Assembly: GCA_046704885.1 (NCBI GenBank)
Contig: JBJKRB010000150.1
Location: 32,527-96,526 of the forward strand
Length of the DNA stretch: 64,000 bases
Direction of reading: 5' to 3'
Origin: Thermoanaerobaculia bacterium
GTDB taxonomy: Bacteria > Acidobacteriota > Thermoanaerobaculia > Multivoradales > JBJKRB01
Shown here: positions 9,077 to 17,008 of the stretch, piece by piece
How positions within the stretch are numbered: position 1 is the first letter of the stretch
How the letters are laid out: each line of letters opens with the position of its first letter
The notes under the pieces: model-generated
What the model was told of the DNA's origin: nothing
What the model saw: only the letters and a program-made list of their open reading frames with translations
The model's database searches: none
Made by a program: the position numbers and the translations under genes

Positions 9077-10393
9077 GAGGACCCGAAGAAGGAGCGCCGC
9101 GCAGCTTCCGCTGCCGACGCGGACGGCAAGATCCTAGCATCGGGACGGCGGGTCCTCTTCGTCGCGCCGATCGCTCCCGCTCCGACTGGCAACGGATTGG
9201 CCATGCGCGCCGGGGTTGCGCTTGACGCTCTCGCCGCTGAATCCCAGGTCGATCTGGTGATACTCCCCGTCGCGGGTCCCTTTCCGGAGGGCGCCGCGCT
9301 CGACTGGCTGAGAGAGCGCGCGCGGCAGGTGGATATCCTTCCCCTGCCGAGCCTCCAGGACAGCACCGCGGCCTGGTTGGGCGATCCGGCGAGCAGGGAG
9401 TTGCTCCAGGGGCTCGCGCCGCTCCCGCGCCTGGCGCGCTTTGCGCACCCGGGGTTGCTCGCACCCCACCTCGATACGGGCGAGCCTCGCTTCGATCTCG
9501 TCTACGTCCTTCGCCTCTATCTCGCGCCACTGGTCGCGCCGGGTGTCGCCCGGCAAGAGCGGCCACGCCTCGTCCTCGACGCCGACGACGACGACGCTTC
9601 GACCCTCGCCGCGCTCGCCGCGCTCGAAGAGGCAACGGGAAACCTGGACAGCGCTCGCAACCTTCGTGAAGAGAGCGATGCCTTTGCCCGTCTCGCGTCG
9701 CGCTGCCTCCCCTGGTTCGACAGCGTGCTGGCGGCAAGCGAGATCGACGCTCGGAAGCTCGAGGAGCGTTCTCGAAGGCCGGTGGACATTCTTCCCAACG
9801 CGGTGCCAATACCTCCCGAGGGGCGGCGGGCGGTGACAACCGGACCGTTTCGAATTGTCTTTGTCGGCAACCTCACGTACCTCCCCAACCGCGTTGCCGC
9901 AGAGCGGCTCGCCCGCTCGATTCTTCCCCGGGCACGAGCAAGGCTCGCTCGCGACGTCGAGCTCGATCTGGTCGGCCCGAACGGCCCCGAGATCGACCAG
10001 CTCGGGGACGAGGCCGGGGTCAGCGTGCGGGGCGCGGTTCCCGACCTCGCCCCCTTCTACCGCGCCGCCGACTGCTTCGTCGCGCCGCTCGCGGCGGGGG
10101 GAGGAAGCCGGATCAAGCTGCTCGAGGCATTCTCATACCGGCTTCCCGTGGTGGCCACGTCGAAGGCGGCGGCGGGCCTCGAGGTCGAAGCTGGCAGGCA
10201 CCTGCTTTTGGCCGAGTCGGACGCGGAGATCAGCGAAGCGATCGCTCGCTTCGGCGATGACGAAGAGCTCGGGGTAGAGATCGCCAGCGAAGCCTTCGCC
10301 TTCGTCACGCGTTACCACGACCGCACCGAGATCGTAGCCGCGCTGCCGCGAATGATCGGTCTCCAACGCAACTGCGAGGAGAGCCGCGCTTGA
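9050..10393 (+). CDS. glycosyltransferase family 4
   Basis: VLFVAP..P.PTGNG.AMR, ILPNAV, FVGNLTYLPN, GGGSRIKLLEAF...PVVAT. Start uncertain. Confidence 0.88.
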   Translation: MDDRRNSPHEDPKKERRAASAADADGKILASGRRVLFVAPIAPAPTGNGLAMRAGVALDALAAESQVDLVILPVAGPFPEGAALDWLRERARQVDILPLPSLQDSTAAWLGDPASRELLQGLAPLPRLARFAHPGLLAPHLDTGEPRFDLVYVLRLYLAPLVAPGVARQERPRLVLDADDDDASTLAALAALEEATGNLDSARNLREESDAFARLASRCLPWFDSVLAASEIDARKLEERSRRPVDILPNAVPIPPEGRRAVTTGPFRIVFVGNLTYLPNRVAAERLARSILPRARARLARDVELDLVGPNGPEIDQLGDEAGVSVRGAVPDLAPFYRAADCFVAPLAAGGGSRIKLLEAFSYRLPVVATSKAAAGLEVEAGRHLLLAESDAEISEAIARFGDDEELGVEIASEAFAFVTRYHDRTEIVAALPRMIGLQRNCEESRA

Positions 10394-11106
10394 GCCCGTC
10401 ACCCAGCGAGAGCGTGAAGACGATCGTTCTCGATCTCTCGATCTGCCGGATTGAGATCGCGGTCCAGGACCCCACGCTCCAGCACAGACTGGCGGCGCTG
10501 AGCAGCGCCCCTGAAGAAGCGAGCCAGTCAAAGCGCACTCTGCGTTACCGGATTCGCGGCTCGGGTCCCCTCGAGATCCACGAGGAACGAGATCGATTGG
10601 CGCAGGTCGATGGAGTGGAGACAGCCGTCGCCATGGTCCTCGAGCGCGGCCTGCGACGAGCGGCCGAGCTTCTCGCCCTAAGCGCCTGGGCTCCCTTCAC
10701 GGGCAGGATCGAACGCGAAGAGACCCGCCTCTTCGCTCTGATCGAACCGGCGAGCCATGGGCCCGATCTCCTTCCAGCGCGCCAGCTCTGGGTCCGCGGC
10801 GAGGAGCTCCTCGCCATGGACGTCTCCACCTCGGCGCTGACCTGTAGAGTGCTCGATCTGCGCTCAATCGCGGGCGTTGTGGTCGTGGGTCCAGCGGCCG
10901 GCCACGACCAATCCAAAGACCCTCAGCCCGCCGAGCTCATCGCACATCTTCTGCGAAGCTCTCCGCGCCTGGGGGCGCCCCGTTCCGCCCTCATTCGCGC
11001 CGCGAGCCGCCTGGCATCGCTCCCATCGCTCGTGAGCGCCGAGGGCTCGATCGATGACGCCCTGGATAGACTCCTCTCGCCCTCGCCGCCTGACGGGGCG
11101 ATGTAA
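10390..11106 (+). CDS. hypothetical protein; resembles a degenerate HprK-related kinase (no P-loop)
   Basis: Overlaps the upstream GT4 stop by 4 nt and directly precedes PqqD. The N-half layout recalls the HprK-related kinase N-domain, but GxxGxGK[ST] is absent. Confidence 0.5.
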   Translation: MSPSPSESVKTIVLDLSICRIEIAVQDPTLQHRLAALSSAPEEASQSKRTLRYRIRGSGPLEIHEERDRLAQVDGVETAVAMVLERGLRRAAELLALSAWAPFTGRIEREETRLFALIEPASHGPDLLPARQLWVRGEELLAMDVSTSALTCRVLDLRSIAGVVVVGPAAGHDQSKDPQPAELIAHLLRSSPRLGAPRSALIRAASRLASLPSLVSAEGSIDDALDRLLSPSPPDGAM

Positions 11107-11130
11107 TATCGTCCTCTCCCGAGCATAGCC

Positions 11131-11388
11131 ATGCCGCCGATCAAGAAAGAAGGACTGGAGCTGAGCGAGGTCAAGGACGGGTTTATCGTCTACGACCCAG
11201 AGAACGAGAGGGTCCATTACTTGAACGCGACGGCAAGCGTCATTTTCGAGCTCTGCGACGGCAAGCACGGGGAGAAAGAGATCGCCGCGTTCGTGGCCAC
11301 CACGTTTGGCTTGAGCGAGCCACCGCTCGCCGACGTCCGCCAGACCCTCGAGCAGCTCACCTCCGAGGGCGTGCTGCTCGACTCCTGA
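11131..11388 (+). CDS. PqqD family peptide chaperone (RiPP recognition element)
   Basis: 85 aa with the typical pattern EVKDGFIVYD...VHYLNATASVIFELCDG...IA...DV...LEQL..EGVL. No other pqq genes nearby. Confidence 0.92.
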   Translation: MPPIKKEGLELSEVKDGFIVYDPENERVHYLNATASVIFELCDGKHGEKEIAAFVATTFGLSEPPLADVRQTLEQLTSEGVLLDS

Positions 11389-11409
11389 GGAGGAAGGAGC
11401 TCCCAGCTC

Positions 11410-12087
11410 TCAGGCCGCCACCGATTGCCGCGATCCAGCTCGCGGCCGGCGGTGGCGATCGATCCAGTAGCCCCAGACAACGAGTAGCCACATCGCCTCT
11501 CCCGCCCAGCCGATCGCCTTGACGCTCGGCGGCGGCGGTCCGAAGAGGTTGACCAAGTAAACGGCGAGCAGGAAGCCGACCAGGGCCCAGAGGCTCCAGC
11601 TGCCGATCCGGTCACGCGGCGTCGTGGCGGCGACATAGACCGCGAGACCGACGGCGAAGATCGAGAGCTCGACGATCAGGGTCCCCGCGACCGAGTTCCA
11701 CAAGCCGAAGCCGAAGCGCAGGGGCGAGCCCCAAATGAGCGGCAGGTCGGGACGATGAACGAGGAGATCGAGAAACCAGTGGCTCGTCACTAGAACCCCC
11801 GCCACCACCGCCGGGGCCACCTTGCGCTTGGCCCACAAAACCAGGAGAGCGATCAGGACCGACCAGCAAACAGCGGCGGCCAGGCTGTGACTGATCGGGT
11901 AATGGTAGAAGTCGAGAGGAGTCAGCCGCGTGATGCCGGGCACAATCCTCACCTTCTCGACCCCCAAGAGGATGAGCGTCGGCCAGAGCAGGTCGAGAAA
12001 CTGGGCCGCTAGAAAGAGCGTACCGAGCGACAGGGATGGCGCGAATCGCTTGCCGGCAAAGCCCACTCCGAAGTGCCCGATGAACAT
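11410..12087 (-). CDS. membrane-bound metal-dependent hydrolase family protein
   Basis: MFIGH, FLDLLWP, SHSL and SHWFLDLLVH motifs; several TM helices. Confidence 0.75.
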   Translation of the reverse strand: MFIGHFGVGFAGKRFAPSLSLGTLFLAAQFLDLLWPTLILLGVEKVRIVPGITRLTPLDFYHYPISHSLAAAVCWSVLIALLVLWAKRKVAPAVVAGVLVTSHWFLDLLVHRPDLPLIWGSPLRFGFGLWNSVAGTLIVELSIFAVGLAVYVAATTPRDRIGSWSLWALVGFLLAVYLVNLFGPPPPSVKAIGWAGEAMWLLVVWGYWIDRHRRPRAGSRQSVAA

Positions 12088-12097
12088 CGCGCTCTCC

Positions 12098-12583
12098 CTA
12101 TAGAAGCTTGATGAAACGAAGGGTCTCGGGGACGTAGCCCAAGTGGTCATAGAGCGCCAAGGCGCGATGATTGGTGGCGAAGACGTTGAGGCTCAAGCGG
12201 TCGAACTCGTGCTGCCGTCCCCACTCCTCGGCGGCGCGCATCAGGGCGCTCCCCACGCCCTGTCCTTCGGCGTCTTCGCTCACCACCAGCATTCCCACGT
12301 GCCCGTGACGGGAGCCGGTGAAATAGTCCTCCACCGTTTCGAGGTAGACGAAGCCGCGCACCGCTCCGCCTTCGCCTTCGGCGACCAGCAGCCAAGTTCC
12401 CTCCGGCCCCTCCGTGAAATAGCGCTCGAGGGTCCGCCGCTCCCCGGCGATGATCTCTTCCTCGGGGCGCCAGGGCGGTACCTCGAAGCTCGCCAAGCGG
12501 GCCGCCTCGCGCAAGAGGACCTCCTTATCCTCTGGCTGCGCCGAGCGAACCTTCAGAGGCTCAGGCACGCCTTCTCCTCGCAA
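12098..12583 (-). CDS. GNAT family N-acetyltransferase
   Basis: Motif A LVVSEDAEGQGVGSALM; N.RALALY..LGY. Confidence 0.9.
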   Translation of the reverse strand: MRGEGVPEPLKVRSAQPEDKEVLLREAARLASFEVPPWRPEEEIIAGERRTLERYFTEGPEGTWLLVAEGEGGAVRGFVYLETVEDYFTGSRHGHVGMLVVSEDAEGQGVGSALMRAAEEWGRQHEFDRLSLNVFATNHRALALYDHLGYVPETLRFIKLL

Positions 12584-12604
12584 GGTTTCTAATTGCGCTC
12601 CGCT

Positions 12605-13975
12605 TCATAGCCGCTCCAGCCGGGCGGTGAAGTGCCTGAGGTGCTGACTCTCGTCGACTATGCGAAAACCGCGGAGCTCCGGGCTGCGCTTCGCTACCTC
12701 GCCCGCGACCTCGACGACGTAGTCGACGTGGCTCTGGGTATAGACCCGGCGCGGCACCGCCAGGCGAAGGAGCTCCAAGGGGGCGATTCGCTCCTCCCCC
12801 GTCTTCGGATCCTTTCCACCGAACATCAAGGTACCGATCTCGACCCCTCGCACTCCTCCCAGCTCGTAGAAGGCGCAGGCCAAGGCTTGGCCGGGGAGCT
12901 CGCGGGGTGGAATATGACGAAGAAAGCTGCCCGCATCTAGATAGACCGCGTGCCCTCCGGGCGGCTGGATGATGGGAATCCCGTGGCGGACCAGACCCTC
13001 GCCGAGGTAGCGGACCGAAGCCAGGCGATAGCGCAGATAGTCCTCATCGACCACCTCCTTGAGCCCTACCGCGATGGCTTCGAGATCGCGACCGGCGAGG
13101 CCGCCGTAGGTCGGAAAGCCCTCGGTCAGGATCAGGAGCTCTTGCTCGCTGCGCGCCAGGGCGTCGTCGTTGCCGGCGAGAAAGCCCCCAATGTTCGCCA
13201 GTCCGTCCTTCTTGGCGCTGAAGGTGGCGCCGTCGGCCAGAGAGAACATCTCCTGCGCGATCGATTCGACCGACCGCTCGCTGTAACCCTTCTCGCGCAG
13301 CTTGATGAAGAAGGCGTTCTCGGCGAATCGGCAGGCGTCAAGATAGAAGGGTACTTTCTGCCGGTGACAGATCTCGCTCGCCAGGCGCAAGTTGGCCATC
13401 GCCGCCGGCTGTCCACCGCCGGAGTTGTTGGTTATGGTGACGATGACGCAAGCGACCGAGGATCCCCGTTCGTCGAGCTGGCGCTCTAGCGCTTCGAGGT
13501 CGATGTTCCCTTTGAACGGGTGCTCGAGGCCGGGGTGGAGCGCCTCCGGCACCGGAATGTCGACCGCTTCGCCCCCGGCCGCTTCGACGTTGGCGCGAGT
13601 CGTATCGAAATGCGTGTTCGACAGTACGACCTTGCCCGCGACCCCGAGGGAAGCGAAGAGGATCCGTTCCGCCGCGCGCCCCTGATGCGTGGGAATGATG
13701 TGCTTGAAGCCGGTGAGCTCCCGCACTCGTGCCTCGAAGCGGAACCAGGACTCGGCGCCGGCGTACGACTCGTCGCCGCGCATGATGCCGGCCCACTGCT
13801 CGGAGGACATGGCGCCCGTGCCCGAATCAGTCAGGAGGTCGATCAGGATATGTCGCGCCGGGATGCGAAAAAGGTTCCAATCGGCCTGGCGGAGAAACTC
13901 CAGGCGTTCCGCGGCCGTCGTCATGTGCAAGGGCTCGACCGATTTGATGCGAAACGGCTCGATGATCGTCTTCAT
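12605..13975 (-). CDS. tnaA: tryptophanase (PLP beta-eliminating lyase)
   Basis: EPFRIKSVE, DLLTDSGT, THQGR, SAKKD (PLP lysine), GFPTYGGL. C-terminal LRHFTA has His as in tryptophanase, not Phe as in tyrosine phenol-lyase. Confidence 0.88.
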   Translation of the reverse strand: MKTIIEPFRIKSVEPLHMTTAAERLEFLRQADWNLFRIPARHILIDLLTDSGTGAMSSEQWAGIMRGDESYAGAESWFRFEARVRELTGFKHIIPTHQGRAAERILFASLGVAGKVVLSNTHFDTTRANVEAAGGEAVDIPVPEALHPGLEHPFKGNIDLEALERQLDERGSSVACVIVTITNNSGGGQPAAMANLRLASEICHRQKVPFYLDACRFAENAFFIKLREKGYSERSVESIAQEMFSLADGATFSAKKDGLANIGGFLAGNDDALARSEQELLILTEGFPTYGGLAGRDLEAIAVGLKEVVDEDYLRYRLASVRYLGEGLVRHGIPIIQPPGGHAVYLDAGSFLRHIPPRELPGQALACAFYELGGVRGVEIGTLMFGGKDPKTGEERIAPLELLRLAVPRRVYTQSHVDYVVEVAGEVAKRSPELRGFRIVDESQHLRHFTARLERL

Positions 13976-13978
13976 GTC

Positions 13979-14650
13979 TTAGGGAGTCTCCTCCTCGAGA
14001 AGGATAGTGGTGACAGCACGCGCGAAAAAGCGTATCAGCGTTTCTCCCGCCTCTTCGGCGCTCGCGCCGAAGCTCACCACGCCGTCTTCATGGCCTCCCA
14101 TGGCGAGGATGCGGAGATCGGGGAGCGGCGAATAGCGATAGAGGCGCGCGACCTCGTCCGCCATTCCCGGCGACCCGTAGGGAATCTCGGGAGCGGAGGT
14201 CGGGAGAAGGAGCGCCGCGCGGCGGCGCCAGACCTCGGGGCTGTGGACATGGAACACCCATCCGATGCTCGCATCGAGACGATAGACGGCATCGTGGGTG
14301 AGCGATTCGGAGGAAGGCGAAGCGAGACCGACGCTCCTAACCCGATTGGCCGCCGCATCGGACGCCTCGACGATGCAGAAGTCGGCGAGGGTCAGGCCCT
14401 CCTTGCCCCCGGTCTGCGACCCGGTGATGAGAAAGCGGGGAGCGCCTCCGTCGTCCTCGCCCTCCAGACGAGCGCTCAAGTTGCCGAAGGCAAAGCCCTC
14501 GTAGCGTCCAGGGTCGCGACCCACCATCCCCAGCCGGCGCAAGATCGCGCGCCAGGCCATGAGCCCCGCCGCCAGCGTGTCGACTCCTTCTGACCCGAGG
14601 CTCGCGCTACGGTGGTCGGAGTGAAACTTGATGACACCCTCGCCGCTCAC
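13979..14650 (-). CDS. class II aldolase/adducin family protein
   Basis: GNLSAR, FLITGS, SSESLTH, FHVHS and GHEDG metal-binding motifs. Confidence 0.85.
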   Translation of the reverse strand: MSGEGVIKFHSDHRSASLGSEGVDTLAAGLMAWRAILRRLGMVGRDPGRYEGFAFGNLSARLEGEDDGGAPRFLITGSQTGGKEGLTLADFCIVEASDAAANRVRSVGLASPSSESLTHDAVYRLDASIGWVFHVHSPEVWRRRAALLLPTSAPEIPYGSPGMADEVARLYRYSPLPDLRILAMGGHEDGVVSFGASAEEAGETLIRFFARAVTTILLEEETP

Positions 14651-17004
14651 GAGTCGCTCCAGCGCCAGTCCCGCACCTCGGGGAGATCGAGGCCGTGGGC
14701 GTCGATGTACGCGCGATGTGCGATGAGGCGCTCGTTGAGGGCATCGATCGCATCGCCGGCCACGGACCCTAGCCGCGCCACCCGCTCGAGCGCCGCGATC
14801 GCCAAATGGAAACGGCTCATCTTGTTCAGGACCAGCATGTCGAACGGAGTCGTCGTCCGACCTTCCTCGATATAGCCGCGCACGTGAAAGCGCTCCGGAT
14901 CGGGGCGATGGTGGAGAAGCTCGTGAACGACACGCGGGTAGCCATGAAAGGCGAAGACCACGGGACGGTCCGCCGTGAATAGATCGATGAAAGCGCGATC
15001 GTCGAGGCCGTGAGGATGGTGGTGATGTGACACCAGGCTAAAGAGATCGACGACATTGACCACCCGCAAGCGGAGCTCGGGCAGGTTGTGGCGCAGCCAC
15101 CAAGCGGCCCCCAGGACCTCCTCGGTCGGAACGTCCCCGGCCGCGGCCAGAATGACGTCGGGATCCTCTCCCCCGTGGCTCGCCCAGCTCCATTCCGAGG
15201 CGCCGCGGGCGCAGTGCTCGGCCGCCGCCTCGATGTCGAGCCACTGCGGGATTCTCTGCTTGGAAGCGACGATGAGGTTGACGTAGTCCTTGCTTTGCAG
15301 ACAGTGGCTCATCACCGACAGCAGGCAGTTGGCGTCCGGCGGCAGGTAGATCCGCGCCACCGAGCTCTTCTTGTTGACCAGGTTGTTGATGAAGCTCGGC
15401 ACCTGGTGGGTGTAGCCATTGTGGTCCTGGCGCCAGACGTGCGAGGTCAGCAGGTAGTTGAGCGAGGCGAGCGGCGCCCGCCACGGCGTCTCGCGCGAGA
15501 CCTTGAGCCATTTCGCGTATTGATTGAGCATCGAGTCGACGATGGGAACGAACGCTTCGTAGCAGGCGAAGAGGCCGTGGCGCCCGGTGAGGAGATAGCC
15601 CTCCAGCCATCCTTCGCACGTGTGCTCGCTCAGGATCTCCATGACGCGTCCGTCGCGCGCCAAGAACTCGTCCGTCGCGACCAGCGGCCAGAGAAAGGCT
15701 CGGCTGGTCGCCTCGAAGACCGCGTCGAGACGGTTCGACGTAGTCTCATCCGGGCAGAAGAGACGGAAGTTGCTCTCCTCGTCATTGGCCCGGAAGATGT
15801 CCCGCAAGAAGGCGCCCGTGGCGCGCGTACCCTCGGCCTTGACGTCGCCCGGACGAGGCACCGCGACTGCGTAGCGTCGGAAGTCGGGAAGCGAGAGCGG
15901 ATGGAGCAAGCGGCCGCCGTTGGCGAACGGGCTCGCCCCGAGCCGCAGATCCCCGTGCGGACACACCGATAGAACGCTCGTCCGCGCTCTCCCTTGCTGA
16001 TCGAAGAGCTCCTCGGGCCGGTAGCTCCGGAGCCATTCTTCGAGGGCCGCCAAGTGGGATGGGTTCGAAGCCGGGTCGGGGATCGGGATCTGGTGAGCGT
16101 GGAAGGTACCTTCGATCGGCTTGCCATCGAGCTCTTTGGGGCCGGTCCAGCCCTTCGGGGTGCGAAGGACGATCATCGGCCACACGACCCGCTCGGGGAT
16201 CGAGCCCGCCCGCGCTTGACTCTGGATGTGACGGATCCGTTCGTAGGCCCAGTCGAGCGCGGCCCAGAGCTGGCGGTGTACGGGAAGCGGTTGATCGCCC
16301 GACACCAGACGCATCTCGTAGCCGTACCCGGTAAAGAGCGCCGTGAGCTCCTCCTCGCTCATCCTGCCGAAGATTGTCGGACCGGAGAGCTTGTAGCCAT
16401 TCAGATGGAGGATGGGAAGGACCGCGCCCGAGGTCGCCGGATCGAGGAACTTTCCCGAATGCCAGGCAGTGGCGAGCGGCCCCGTCTCCGCCTCGCCGTC
16501 GCCGACGACGCAAGCCGCGATCAAGTCGGGGTTGTCGAGCACCGCGCCGAAGGCATGGGTCAGGCAGTAGCCGAGCTCGCCCCCCTCATGGATCATCCCG
16601 GGGGTGCCGGGAAAAAGGTGGCTGGGAAAGCCGTCGGGCCAGGAAAACCGGCGCACCAGCTCAGCCACTCCCTTCTCGTCTCGAGACAGCTCTGGGTAGT
16701 ACTCCTCGAGAGTCCCTTCGAGATAGAGGTTGGAGATGATCGCGGGCGCCCCGTGACCCGGACCTACGACCAGCAAGAAGCGTGCTCCCGTGTCCTGAAT
16801 CAAGCGGTCGAGGTGTGCGTAGAGGATGTTCAGGCCGGGCTGCGTTCCCCAATGCCCCAGGAGGCGAGGCTTGATCTGCCCCGCGGCCAGGGGCACGCGC
16901 AGTAGAGGGTTCTCCTTGAGGTAGAGCTGCGCCGCTCCCAGGTAGTTGGCGGCGCGCCAGTAGCTATCGAGCCGGCTCAAGCGTTCTTCGTCGATGTCCT
17001 TCAC
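14647..17004 (-). CDS. xfp: xylulose-5-P/fructose-6-P phosphoketolase
   Basis: LLGHWGT, GPGHG, HEGGELGY, GDGEAETGPLA, SEHTCEGWLEGYLLTGRHG, QDHNG. Likely GTG start at 17004, just after the ackA stop. Confidence 0.95.
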   Translation of the reverse strand: MKDIDEERLSRLDSYWRAANYLGAAQLYLKENPLLRVPLAAGQIKPRLLGHWGTQPGLNILYAHLDRLIQDTGARFLLVVGPGHGAPAIISNLYLEGTLEEYYPELSRDEKGVAELVRRFSWPDGFPSHLFPGTPGMIHEGGELGYCLTHAFGAVLDNPDLIAACVVGDGEAETGPLATAWHSGKFLDPATSGAVLPILHLNGYKLSGPTIFGRMSEEELTALFTGYGYEMRLVSGDQPLPVHRQLWAALDWAYERIRHIQSQARAGSIPERVVWPMIVLRTPKGWTGPKELDGKPIEGTFHAHQIPIPDPASNPSHLAALEEWLRSYRPEELFDQQGRARTSVLSVCPHGDLRLGASPFANGGRLLHPLSLPDFRRYAVAVPRPGDVKAEGTRATGAFLRDIFRANDEESNFRLFCPDETTSNRLDAVFEATSRAFLWPLVATDEFLARDGRVMEILSEHTCEGWLEGYLLTGRHGLFACYEAFVPIVDSMLNQYAKWLKVSRETPWRAPLASLNYLLTSHVWRQDHNGYTHQVPSFINNLVNKKSSVARIYLPPDANCLLSVMSHCLQSKDYVNLIVASKQRIPQWLDIEAAAEHCARGASEWSWASHGGEDPDVILAAAGDVPTEEVLGAAWWLRHNLPELRLRVVNVVDLFSLVSHHHHPHGLDDRAFIDLFTADRPVVFAFHGYPRVVHELLHHRPDPERFHVRGYIEEGRTTTPFDMLVLNKMSRFHLAIAALERVARLGSVAGDAIDALNERLIAHRAYIDAHGLDLPEVRDWRWSDS

Positions 17005-17008
17005 GGTT

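Noticed and set aside
8451-9839. Long alternative-frame/antisense ORFs (462 aa here; also 16994-18301, 23676-24899, 24869-26077, 36340-37446, 58642-59823)
   Set aside because: They overlap well-supported genes, are Arg/Pro/Ala-rich or mirror the codon pattern of the real gene, and have no motifs. Such shadow ORFs are expected in high-GC DNA.
2819-10393. Ordinary O-antigen/EPS/capsule locus
   Set aside because: No flippase, polymerase, chain-length regulator, ABC exporter or nucleotide-sugar genes, and it would leave PqqD and the Tat/IPTL proteins unexplained. It cannot be fully excluded if those genes lie elsewhere.
11131-11388. PQQ biosynthesis or lasso-peptide cluster
   Set aside because: No pqqA/B/C/E, asparagine-synthetase-like cyclase or transglutaminase-like B2 protease in the window.
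12605-13975. Tyrosine phenol-lyase
   Set aside because: SAKKD and LRHFTA fit tryptophanase better than TPL (SGKKD, LRFFTA).
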